Shown piece by piece: positions 53,654 to 64,000 of a stretch of DNA of 64,000 nt. Source of the DNA: Malacoraja senta (Eukaryota); the NCBI GenBank assembly GCA_038087875.1, contig CM075992.1:2792001-2856000 (forward strand), given 5' to 3'. The translations under genes and the position numbers were made by a program. The notes under the pieces are model-generated. The model made no database searches. It saw nothing but the letters and a program-made list of their open reading frames with translations, and had not been told where the DNA came from. Within the stretch, counting starts at the first letter, position 1. Every line of letters starts with the position of its first letter.

Positions 53654-54338
53654 GTGGGCATCTTTCATTTATATTTTAATTGTTTATGCATCTAAACTAG
53701 CCTGCTAAGAAATCAATACCTTTCTTCCCCATTCCTTTCCTCAACTGCTTTTATTATCACTCAGGTAATGTTAACTTTTGGCAAGACGTGTTATCCATAA
53801 CAGCACTTTCTGAAGTGTTTCTCCTCTGGTCTTGCTTGACGATACCTGTATTTTACTGCTGACTACTCAGGGTAGCGCATGCCTCCCTTTTTCCAAGATT
53901 TGGAGAGGGGAGCATGGAGCTTGTACCATGGGTTGAACCCATTTGGTTCCAGTGTGCTTTTCCGAGGTGTGTAGATCTATGCTGCTTGTGATGTGGACGT
54001 TGGAATAGCTGGTGATAGACACAAAATGCTGGAGTAACTCAGCAGGTCAGGCAGCATCTCTGGAGAACATGGAACCCAAAATGTCGCCTATTCCTTTTCT
54101 CCAGAAATGCTGCACGAGTTACTCCAGGTTTTTTGTCTATCTTCGGTGTAAGTCAGCATCTGCAGTTACTTCCTACACACACAGAATAACGGGTGATGCT
54201 GTTACTCAACATGTTCTTGATTTTCTCTGAAACTGTCAATGCTTGTACAGCTGCCCAGCTGTATCAAAGCCCCATTCTTCATCTGTGACTGTTCCTTTCT
54301 TTGGGCACCTTTACTTCAAGTCTGTGTTGCTTTTACAG

Positions 54339-54419
54339 GCCAACAGAACCAGCCTGGCCAGCAGCCAGGTCCCCAACAGGATTACACAAAGGCATGGGAG
54401 GAGTACTATAAGAAACAAG
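54339..54419 (+). CDS. KHSRP: KHSRP exon 19 (Tyr-rich repeat 3)
   Basis: ttacAG|GCCAAC...AACAAG|GTaagt, 81 nt; GQQNQPGQQPGPQQDYTKAWEEYYKKQ; four Tyr repeats in total distinguish KHSRP from FUBP1/FUBP3. Confidence 0.93.
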
Positions 54420-55219
54420 GTAAGTGTGCAACATTCATCGTTATCACTGCCATTAAACACATCTGGAGAGCATTGATGTGTAGTGGATATCTCATTCACA
54501 GAAGCTGGGGTAATTGTATTGTTTTTTTTATTGTCACATGTACTGATAGGCAGTAAAAAAAGAAACGTTGCTATCCAGGCAGTTCATACTGTACTTGAGT
54601 ACTATCATAGCCTAGATGAGAACAACAGGCAGTGCTAAAGAAGAAAAAAACAGGATGCCCAATATAATGTTGAAGGTGCAGATGAAAAATTGCAGGGGTC
54701 ATAACGAGGTGGGTTGTAGGATGAGGGATACATCTTTAGCAGATGAGTGGTCCATTCAGGAGTGATAACAGGAGGGAAGAAGTTGTTTTTGAATCTAATG
54801 GCAGGTGCTTTCAGGCATTTGTGAATTATGGTCAAGGGGAGAGGAGAAGAGAATGTAAAGTGTCCTTTTTTAGCTGCTTTCTGCAGGTGTCAAATCTATG
54901 CTAAATTAAAAAAATTCCACTGGTTGTCGAACCCTGAAATAAAAAATAACGCTTTAAAAAACAAAATAATAATAATTGGCGAGAGAAACATTTACCATTG
55001 TTTTCTCTGGATTAATCTGAACGCTGGGGGAAGTTTGTGTTTGATTGGTGCAGCCCGACCCACCGAGTATTTCCGGAGTTTGGTGTTTGCACTGAGGTTT
55101 GCCGGTTGAATGTTGATGGGAATCCCGGCGTGCTGGGCTGTGGGAGAAGGGCGTTGCTGTCTGCGTGTTGGGGCGGGTGACGCGGTGCTGAGTTTCTGCT
55201 CTCTCTCTCTGTCCCACAG

Positions 55220-55395
55220 CTCAGAGTGCCCAGGGGGCAGCGGCGGCGGCAGCGGCAGCACCACCCCAGCCTGGAGCCCAGCCCGATTACAGCGCAGCCT
55301 GGGCTGAGTACTACAGGCAGCAGGCCGCCTACTACGGGCAACCAGGGGCGCCACAGCCCGCCCCCCAGCAGCCACCCGCACAGCAAGGGCAACCG
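55220..55395 (+). CDS. KHSRP: KHSRP exon 20 (Tyr-rich repeat 4); followed by a short terminal exon or read-through to TAG 55429-55431
   Basis: ccacAG|CTCAGA...CAACCG|GTacgt, 176 nt; AQSAQG(A)8[45 protein letters not shown]. Confidence 0.88.
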
Positions 55396-56597
55396 GTACG
55401 TCCGCAACTCCCTCCCCCCTACAGGTTCTAGCGCTCTCCTTGCAGCAGTGGCGTCTGCTGGGACACGGCTCTGCCTTCACTCAGTGATCACGGTGCTGTG
55501 ACGACAACTGGCCTGTAAATTCCGTTTACAACTCGGTTCTGCGCACAGTCAATGGGGAGACGGCACACCTACATCCACTTGCACACTCTCTCCCTTCTTT
55601 CTCTTTTTCGCCTCTTGGCGATTTAATGCTCAAAAGAAGCAACTCTTGCAATAATTCTATCTTATAATTAAACTGTGAAAGGATGAGTAGTGTAAATGGG
55701 TGAGGCTTTCATTTTCCCAACAGAATGTTCCTGCTTCATGTTGACTGCACTCTTCAGAAGCAGCTCTGCCTCATCAGTGTAAATGGGTATCTTCTCTTCC
55801 TATTTTTACTTCTCCTTTTTTACAATTCCACTACCACTCGGTTCTCTTTCTTTCTCTTTGTCTTTTTCTTTTGTTTCTCTCTCATTTCTTTCTCCCATTT
55901 CATGCTTTCTTTCCTGTTTCTCTCTTTCTCTCTCTCACTCTCATTCTTCTTTCTTTCTCTCATCCCCCTCTCTCGTCCTCTCCATCATCCCCTTCATACA
56001 TTTCCCCCTCAGTGTATTTTGGTTCTTGCCCTATGTTAACAACTATCTCCCAATTGTGCTGAGTCACCATCAGAACGGTGAGCCTAGGATGGCTGCTCTG
56101 CTGTGTTCGTTCAGCACCTCGGACATGGAACGCCACCTTTCCAGAACGTGCAGTCACAGTGATCCTATAACAGTGACCCAAGTGACATGACTCCTGAACT
56201 CCTGGCACTCCCGAAGATAGAAACCTTGTGATCAATACTTGTACGCCGTTCCTTTGCTCGTGATTGTCGGCCGTACGATGAAGCGGGAGAATAAGACTGG
56301 TCCGCGAGTCTTTCGTGGCGATATGTGCTTCCTTTGGGTGGACACGGACACATTGAAGATTCTCATTGACAGGCATTTGAGGATGTGATGCATCAGTGAC
56401 TCTGGAAACCATCTCAGACTTCCTACCTTTGCCGTCATGCGTTCTGGCCACCTGGCCAAAGCGGAACTTGCAAAGTCTGTTTATGTGATGGATTGGAAAT
56501 AGCACATACATGCCTTTACTTTACAGGTTCCTTCATAAAAGGCACGCGGCTGGAATCTAGGACCACTGTGCTCAGAGCTGTGACGGCATCAAATCTT

Positions 56598-56797
56598 NNN
56601 NNNNNNNNNNNNNNNNNNNNNNNNNNNNNNNNNNNNNNNNNNNNNNNNNNNNNNNNNNNNNNNNNNNNNNNNNNNNNNNNNNNNNNNNNNNNNNNNNNNN
56701 NNNNNNNNNNNNNNNNNNNNNNNNNNNNNNNNNNNNNNNNNNNNNNNNNNNNNNNNNNNNNNNNNNNNNNNNNNNNNNNNNNNNNNNNNNNNNNNNN
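56598..56797. other. Assembly gap (200 N)
   Basis: Run of exactly 200 N, typical of a fixed-length scaffolding gap. Confidence 0.99.
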
Positions 56798-57102
56798 GCA
56801 TCTTGTTCCCACAGAACAATTCGGGTAACTGTTGCCTATTAACACTGGGGGAAAATGGAGGTCTGAAACATATTGTACATAACACACACGTGGTTAAAGT
56901 GTGATGCAGGGTTCCTCAGGTGAAATATTCACTGTTTCTCTCACCATGGATGCTGCCTGGCTTGTTGCTTCCAGCATTTTCTATTTGGGTTTTTTACCCC
57001 CCCTTATCCTGTACAAATCAGTCTGACAAATGCCACCACCTTACCACGAACAACACAGGAACAACAACTGACTGTGCTGATAATTCGCCCGTTAAACCAT
57101 TT

Positions 57103-57398
57103 CGTTAGAGATACAGCGCGGAAACAGGCCCTTCGGCCCACCGAGTCCGTTCCGACCAGCGATCATACTATACACTAGCACCAACGTACACACACCAGGA
57201 ACAATTTACAATTTTTACCGAAGCCTTAATCTACAAACCTGCACGTCTTTGGAGTGTGGGAGGAAACCGGAGCTCCCGGAGAAAACCCCCCGGTCTCGGG
57301 GAGAAGGTACAAACTTCAGACAGCACTTGTGGTCAGGATTGAACCCGGGTCTCCGGCACTGTGAGGCAGCAACTCTACCCACTGTGCCACCGTGCCAC
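57103..57398 (-). mobile_element. HE1/V-type SINE
   Basis: Reverse complement of the SINE consensus. Confidence 0.8.
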
Positions 57399-57769
57399 CT
57401 GTCTCATCCGGCCATGGGTATTCTCCTTGTGCTTCCCCACCTACTTGTCTCACTAAAAATTAACTTGTGTAACTAACTCGAATCTCAGTTCTGAGGAAGG
57501 GTCTATTGACTGTGTTTCCACCCACCACACACCCCCCCCCCCCCCCCAGTTTCTGATTTGGTCAGAGTCATCAGATGACAGTGTATATCCGCAGTGGTTT
57601 TCACAGGCTATCAGACCAGTAGGTGTGTGACATGGCTCGATCCCCAGCTACGCTGTGTCAATGTGTCACAGTGTGGCTATGTGTAATCTCCAAAGTGAAT
57701 CACAGACAGGACTGAGTCAGAGGATGCATGTGTACTGTATAACAGGGAGGTAGGTCTTAAGGAGGAGAA

Positions 57770-58160
57770 CCAAAGGGCTGTAGATGCTGGTTAATAGACA
57801 ATAGGACACAAAGTGCTGGAGTAACTCTGCAGGCCAGGTAGCATCCCTGGAGAACATGGATAGGTAACATTTCAGTTTGAGACCCAAAATGTCACCCATC
57901 CATGTTCTCCAGAGATGCTACCTGACCTGTTGAGTTATTACATCCCAAAAATGCTGGAGAAACTCAGCGGGTGCAGCAGCATCTATGGAGCGAAGGAGAT
58001 AGGCAACGTTTCGATAGGCCCGAAACGTTGCCTATTTCCTTCGCTCCATAGATGCTGCTGCACCCGCTGAGTTTCTCCAGCATTTTTGTGTACCTTCGAT
58101 TTTCCAGCATCTGCAGTTCCTTCTTTAACACGAGTTATTACATCACTTTGTGTCCTTTTG
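57770..58160. mobile_element. Nested PLE-tail hairpin elements
   Basis: Inner element 57945-58131 (arms 57946-58013 and 58021-58088) flanked by 13-bp repeat GAGTTATTACATC, inside an older related hairpin. Confidence 0.8.
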
Positions 58161-58694
58161 AGGTGTTAAAGAGTATTGCCCACAAATAATTGAGTTGCAA
58201 ATGAAGCCATCCTTGTGTTTCATGGTCCCTGTTGAAGGTGTTGCTCCGGGCAGGGCGACCTTGTTAGACCACATTGCCGCAGAAGGCTGTGGAAGCTAAG
58301 AAAATTGATATTTTTAAGGCAGAGATGGATAGATTCTTGATTAGTGCGGGTGTCAGGGGTTATGGGGAGAAGGCAGGAGAATGGCATTGAGAGGGAGAGA
58401 TAGATCAGCCATGATTGAATGGTGGAGTAGACTTGATGGGCTGAAGGGCCTAATTCTGCTCCTAGCACATGAATTTTTGAACTTATGAATTAAGAAAACC
58501 CGCCCCTATCAGATCCAAACTCGGGGAGAGTTGACACTCATATTTACACATATATATGGTACTTAGCTTTGAAAGAAAAATCTGTAATTCATCCCTCCGG
58601 TTTATAAAGAATGTATACACAGAAAGTCACTGGAATAGAACAATTGTTTCTAAGGGGCTGTCGGTGAAAGTTATCCAGGAGTTTTAACTCTCAT

Positions 58695-58700
58695 TTTATT
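58695..58700 (-). terminator. Polyadenylation signal of the AK1-like gene
   Basis: AATAAA on the minus strand (plus TTTATT), about 117 nt after the stop codon. Confidence 0.6.
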
Positions 58701-58816
58701 GGTGGGGTCCTGGTTAATTCTCTTAATAGCCATGAACACAAATGTTTGATGTTAATTGTGGGCAATCTGATCACAGGGCAACTGCTTGAGGATTTTGTCA
58801 CCCGGAGTCTCAGCTG

Positions 58817-58882
58817 CTAAAGTTCGTCGATGATCGTAGTGATGCTCTGAAAAACATCGTCCTCTGTCTCCTCTCCTTGAAT
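58817..58882 (-). CDS. Adenylate kinase, AK1-like, terminal coding exon (missed by the ORF track)
   Basis: Minus strand long pyrimidine tract, then tcttAG|ATT CAA GGA...GAA CTT TAG = IQGEETEDDVFQSITTIIDEL*, matching the AK C-terminal strand and helix. Confidence 0.85.
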   Translation of the reverse strand: MQGEETEDDVFQSITTIIDEL

Positions 58883-58889
58883 CTAAGAC

Positions 58890-59162
58890 AGACAGACAGA
58901 GAGAGAGATTGAGAGAGGGAGAGAGGGGAAGAGAGGGGGAGGGTGAGGGAGAGAGGGGGAGAGAGGGACAGGGGGAGAGAGGGGGAGAGAGTGGGAGAGA
59001 GGGACAGGGGGAGAGATGGGGAGATTGGGGAAGAGAGGGGGAGAGAGAGAGAGGGAAAGAGGGAGGGAGAGGGAGAGAGGTGGAGAGAGGGGGAGAGAGG
59101 GGGATAGGGAGAGGGAGAGGGAGAGGGAGGGGGAGGGAGAAGGAGAGGGAGAGGGAGAGAGA
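58890..59162. repeat. Polypurine GA/GGA tract
   Basis: Almost purely G/A; serves as the pyrimidine tract of the AK terminal-exon acceptor on the minus strand. Confidence 0.95.
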
Positions 59163-59214
59163 AATAACCAAGCGGTTAGCACAGAGCATTGACAGCAAAC
59201 ACGGAGTGGTTTTC

Positions 59215-59730
59215 ATATTCATAAGTGATAGGAGCAGAATTAGGCCATTCGGCCCATCAAGTCTACTCTGCCATTCAATCATGGCTGATCTATCTCTTGC
59301 TCCTAACCCCATTCTCCTGCCTTCTCTCCATAACCCTTGAAACCCTTACTAATCAAGAATCAATCTGTCTTAAAAATATCCACTGACTTGGCCTCCACAG
59401 CCTTCTGTGGCAATTAATTCCACAGATTCACCACCCTCTGACTAAACATATTCCTCCTCATCTCCTTCCTAACGGAACGTCCTTTAATTCTGAGGCTGTG
59501 CCCTCTGGTCCTAGACTCTCCCACTAGTGGAAACATCCTCTGTGTTTGATCCCATCCATAGATACATAGAAAATAGGTGCATGAGTAGGCCATTCGGCCC
59601 TTCGAGCCTGCACCGCCATTCAATATGATCATGGCTGATCATCCAACTCAGTATCCCGTACCTGCCTTCTCTCCATACCCCCTGATCCCTTTAGCCACAA
59701 GGGCCACATCTAACTCCCTCTTAAATATAG
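59215..59730 (-). mobile_element. Two CR1-like 3' fragments
   Basis: Similar to 2065-2530 and to the reverse complement of 22980-23150. Confidence 0.8.
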
Positions 59731-60055
59731 CTCCACATTAATCCTCCCTGAGATAATGAGCCACCCTTGACCTTGGGACCCCCCTGTACCAAAGCATCAC
59801 AGCATGGTTTGGGAACAGCTCCCATCCAAGACCGCAAGTTGTTATGTTATCCAAGATCCCAGTTGTTATCAGGTAACTGAATCATCCTACCACAACCAGA
59901 GAGCAGTGCTGAACTGCTATCTTCCTCATTGGTGACCCTCGGACTATCCTTGATCGGACTTTGCTGGCTTTACCTTGCACTAAACGTTACTCCTTTATCA
60001 TGTATCTGTACACTCGAAATGGCTCGATTGTAATCATGTATTGTCTTTTCTACTG

Positions 60056-60253
60056 TTTAAGAAGGAACTGCAGATGCTGGAAAATCGAAGGTAGACAAAA
60101 GTGCTGGAGAAACTCAGCGGGTGCGGCAGCATCTATGGAGCGAAGGAAATAGGCAACGTTGCTGGCTTTACCTTGCCCGAAACGTTGCCTATTTCCTTCG
60201 CTCCATAGATGCTGCTGCACCCGCTGAGTTTCTCCAGCAATTTTGTCTGCCTT
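60056..60253. mobile_element. PLE-tail hairpin inserted in a LINE 3' tail
   Basis: Arms about 60089-60160 and 60181-60253; flanked by TTGTCTTT(T)CTACTG on both sides. Confidence 0.75.
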
Positions 60254-60424
60254 GTCTTTCTACTGACTGGATAGCACGCAACAAAAGCTTTTCACTGTAC
60301 CTTGGTACACGTGACAATAAACTAAACTGAAACTGAAAATTGCCTTGGTGTAAATGAATACTTAATGGTCAGCACATACTTGGTAGGCTGAAGGCCATGT
60401 TCCTGTGCTGAGTGATCTATGATC

Positions 60425-60920
60425 ATCTACATCATTAAACTGGAAAGAGTGCAGAGAGGATTTCCGAGGATGTTGCCAGGACTCGAGGGCCTGAGATACA
60501 GGGAGAGGTTGTGGCAGGCTAGGACATTATTCCTTGACGTGCAGGAAGCTGAGGGCTGATTGAAAAGAGGTGTATAAAATCAGGAGGGGAATAGATAGGG
60601 TGAATGTACAGTCTTGTATCCAGAGTAGGGGAATCAAGAACCCCAGGACTTAAGTTTAAGATGAGACGAGCAAGATTTAATAGGAACCTGAGGGGTTCAC
60701 TCTGAGGGTGGTGGGTGTATGGAACGAGCTGCCAGAGGAGGTAGTTGAGGCTGGGACTACAACAGCATTTAAATGACACTTGGACAGGTACATGGATAGG
60801 ACAGGTTTGGAGGGATATGGGCCAAACACTGGCAAATGGGATTAGCTTAGATGGGGCTTGTTGGTCAGCATTGATGAGTTGGGCTGAAGGGCCTGTTTCC
60901 GTGCTGGGTGACTGTATCTG
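60425..60920 (+). mobile_element. CR1-like LINE 3' fragment
   Basis: LERVQR...WNELPEEVV remnants and tail. Confidence 0.8.
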
Positions 60921-61061
60921 TGAAAGGTCAGCGGGTAGTCGATGGGAATGTGGGGAGGGTAACAGAAACAGATTTAGAGTGAAGGGAGAGTGTAAACGGG
61001 TCTTGGACCTGGTTCTCTGTACTCTCCCCTCTCGCTCTGACTCCCCGAGGCTAAAGTCTTA

Positions 61062-61244
61062 TGGGCCTGTCCCACTTGGGTGACTACAGGCGACTGCCGC
61101 AAAATTTTCAACATGTTGAAAATGTTTCCGCGGCAGTGGCGACAATTTTTGCTGTCGTGGGTTGTCGTGGGTTGTCGTTGGTGAATTCCATTAAAACTAG
61201 TCCCTGGCAGTCGCCTAAAGAGCCGCCTAAGTGGGACAGGCCCG
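61062..61244. mobile_element. PIF/Harbinger-like MITE, second subfamily
   Basis: TIRs GGGCCTGTCCCACTT...AAGTGGGACAGGCCC; TTA flanks; same internal palindrome. Confidence 0.8.
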
Positions 61245-61248
61245 TTAA

Positions 61249-61639
61249 TGCCCCTGTCCCACTTAGGAGACCTAAACAGCAACCTCTGGCGACCTTGCCC
61301 ACCACCCAAAAAAAAAATCAAGTTCGAGGTGACCTGCAACCTCCTACCACCTCCCACGCATATGTTGAAAACGTTCCTCGACTATGAAGAAAACCGGCTT
61401 CAACTAGACGTGTGACAAAAAAATGATCGATTTTTAAAACGGCAACGTATTTTAAGTCGAGGCCGGTTTTAATCACGATGATAAAATAGCAGCAACCTAG
61501 ATGAAGCCTCGACCACGCGGAAACCACTTTCGACCATTAGGGAGAGTGACCAAAACCTCCGGGTGACCAAATGGAAACCTGGGTGGCGGGCAAGGTCACC
61601 AGAGGTTGCTGTTTAGGTCTCCTAAGTGGGACAGGGGCT
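61249..61639. mobile_element. PIF/Harbinger-like MITE, third subfamily, abutting the previous one
   Basis: About 58-bp TIRs GCCCCTGTCCCACTTAGGAGACCTAAACAGCAACCTCTGG...; flanks TAA/TTA. Confidence 0.8.
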
Positions 61640-61674
61640 TTACACCGCACGGCAAGACGTGAGAGGGAGCGTAC

Positions 61675-61866
61675 CTTTCTTAGTAGTCCTTTGTTCTCGT
61701 AATGTTTCACCACCGGGACAGAGTCCACGAAGTAGGTTTCAACCCTCTTGCTGATCGTCACCTCGTTGTCGTCGAAGCGGCCGCTGGTCTGGCCGCGGTT
61801 AATCAGCCGCTGCTTCATCACCTCGGGGTTGCAGTCGATGAGCAGCACCACGCTGGGAGTGCTGAA
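61675..61866 (-). CDS. Adenylate kinase, AK1-like (short LID), penultimate coding exon
   Basis: Minus strand ccacAG|TTCAGC...AGAAAG|GTacgc, 192 nt, phase 0/0; FSTPSVVLLIDCNPEVMKQRLINRGQTSGRFDDNEVTISKRVETYFVDSVPVVKHYENKGLLRK with the RGxTSGRxDDNE LID motif of AK1-type kinases. Confidence 0.9.
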
Positions 61867-62437
61867 CTGTGGGGAGAGCGGGAGACGGTCACGGGGGGTC
61901 AACGCACCTCCACCCACACATACTGCACCGCGCACACTGCAGTCGCTCAATGGTTATTCCATCTCGTGTATCTACACACTGTGGACGGCTCGATTGTAAT
62001 CATGTATTGTCTTTCCGCTGGCTGGTTAGCACGCAACACAAAAGCTTTTCACTGTACCTCAGTACACGTGACAATACACTAAACTGAAACTGCCTGAACT
62101 GGTTTGATGGTACAGCCATTTATGTCAGTCAGGGAGTGCCTGTATCTTATTGTCACATGTACGTATAGTCAATGGTTAAATGGCCCAAATTAAAAAAACA
62201 TTTGTTTCGTTTTTAGAGATTTTGGAGATACAGTGCAGAAACAGGCCCTTCGGCCCACCGTGTCCGCGCCGACCAGCGATCCCCGCACACTAACACTATC
62301 CTACACACTAGGGACAATTTACAATTTTACTGAGGCCAATTAACCTACAAACCTGCACATCTTCAGAGTGTGGAGAAAAACCCACGCGGTCACAGGGAGA
62401 AGGTACAAACTCTGTACTGTGGTTCAATGGTTCAATG

Positions 62438-62640
62438 ATCATCGGAGACCCACACCACCCTGGCCACTCTCTCATTTCACTCCTGCTATCGGGAAGAAGA
62501 TATAGGAGTTTGAAAATGATAACATCCAGGTTCAGGAGCAGCTTCTTCCCGACAGCCATCAGGCTATTAAACTCTACAGCCTCCAAATAAGTTCCGAACT
62601 ACATAGACTGGGGGACAAACAAACATGTGAACATAGCGGT
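62438..62640 (+). mobile_element. Rex1/Babar-like LINE 3' fragment
   Basis: IIGDPHHPGHSLISLLLSGRRYRSLKMITSRFRSSFFPTAIRLLNS; related minus-strand copies near 3025-3460, 10475-10765 and 54520-54850. Confidence 0.7.
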
Positions 62641-62708
62641 TCACAGCCACAGTCCCAAGGACAATGAGAGATAGGGGAGGTAAATGGTGGCACCACCTCT
62701 CTCATATG

Positions 62709-62743
62709 TACACACGCACACGCACATGCACACATAAACACGC

Positions 62744-62778
<35 letters not shown>

Positions 62779-63485
62779 CACATAAATATACACACACACA
62801 CACATAAACACGCGCACACACACACACATAAACACACACACACGCACACACACATAAACACACACACACACACATAAACACACACACACACAAATATACA
62901 CACACACACACACACACACATAAACACGCGCAACACTCACACATAAACACACACACATAAACACACACACATAAACACACACACACATAAATATACACAC
63001 ACACACACATAAACACACACACACACACATAAACACACACACACACATAAATATACACACACACACACTCATAAACACGCGCACACACTCACACATAAAC
63101 ACACACACACACATAAACACACACACACATAAATATACACACACACATAAACACACACACACGCGCACACATAAACACACACACACACACATAAACACAC
63201 ACACACATAAACACGCGCACACACACACACACACACACACATAAACACACACACATAAACACACACACACATAAATATACACACACACATAAACACACAC
63301 ACACACACATAAACACACACACACACACACATAAATATACACACACACACACATAAACACACACACACACATAAATATACACACAAACACACACACACAC
63401 ACATGCACACACACACACATGCACACACATAAACACACACACACACTCCCAACAAACATTCAGACACACAAATGCAATCACACAC
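62709..63485. repeat. Compound (CA)n microsatellite punctuated by ATAA/ATAAATAT
   Basis: Seen directly in the sequence. Confidence 0.97.
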
Positions 63486-64000
63486 AAGCTGAGAATTTAA
63501 GCCGCAAACTCACAGACTCACAATAAAACAAAAATTGCCCCATGCCTCTTTGTCAGACTTGTTACCACATTGAAATTTGGTGGCAAGAGGAACAATTTTA
63601 TGAAAAAGCTAGTTGAACGATAACCCCATCCAGTAGCCAATTAGTCCCACTCTACCCAGACCTCTGTGGTCATCTGCCTTGTTCCTTGGTTGAGATTGGC
63701 ATAGGGTCAAACACTAATCAAGAACCTATCAATCTCCACTTCAACAAGACTTCAAAAAGGGCATCAAACATTATGAGGAGAAGGCATATGTGGAGTGGGA
63801 ACAATAGATCAGCCATGATTGAATGGCGGAGTAGACTCAATGGGCCACCTTCTGCTCCCATGTCTTATGATCTTGTTGGGGGAACTAACAGCAACTTATG
63901 TGAGCTCCTGTACCACGATGTTGCAGCCTCACATTTTAACATGGGGCAGGTCTGACGGTTGGACGAGGGTTGAGGTGGGCGAGGAGTGGGGTGATCTGGA

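Noticed and set aside
14748..55395. Assignment as FUBP1 or FUBP3
   Set aside because: Four Tyr-rich repeats, the GRSG loop in KH3 and adjacency to an SLC25A23-like gene favour KHSRP.
58752..59340. Glu/Arg/Gly-rich and Ser/Pro/Leu-rich ORFs
   Set aside because: Translation of a polypurine tract plus a CR1 tail.
62574..63487. Long Cys/Val-rich ORFs
   Set aside because: Microsatellite artefacts.

Overview
Eukaryotic vertebrate genomic DNA. The repeats (HE1/V-type tRNA-derived SINEs, CR1/HER1-like LINEs) point to a cartilaginous fish, probably a skate or ray; this is inference. Three spliced genes were reconstructed by hand from GT-AG boundaries and frame continuity. (1) The last six coding exons of a SCaMC-type ATP-Mg/Pi mitochondrial carrier, most likely SLC25A23 (+, 1792-11707). 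(2) A nearly complete KHSRP/FUBP2 gene (+, ATG 14748) with a CpG-island promoter and 20 in-frame coding exons (2088 nt, 696 codons up to 55395); its terminal exon is unresolved and a 200-N gap follows at 56598-56797. (3) The last two exons of a divergent AK1-type adenylate kinase gene (-, 61866-58817). Most ORFs in the supplied track are repeat or microsatellite artefacts. The strongest repeat signal is a family of Penelope-like (Neptune-type) retroelement tails carrying minimal hammerhead ribozyme motifs, some as long hairpins and nested insertions. The AK1-like gene may be an ohnolog on the KHSRP/SLC25A23 paralogon that mammals lack. Other points of note are a 22-Gly run in the KHSRP KH2-KH3 linker, PIF/Harbinger-type MITEs sharing an internal palindrome, an unclassified ~1 kb inverted-repeat element and a Vingi/Ingi-like LINE fragment. 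Comparisons with human proteins are from recall and need database confirmation.
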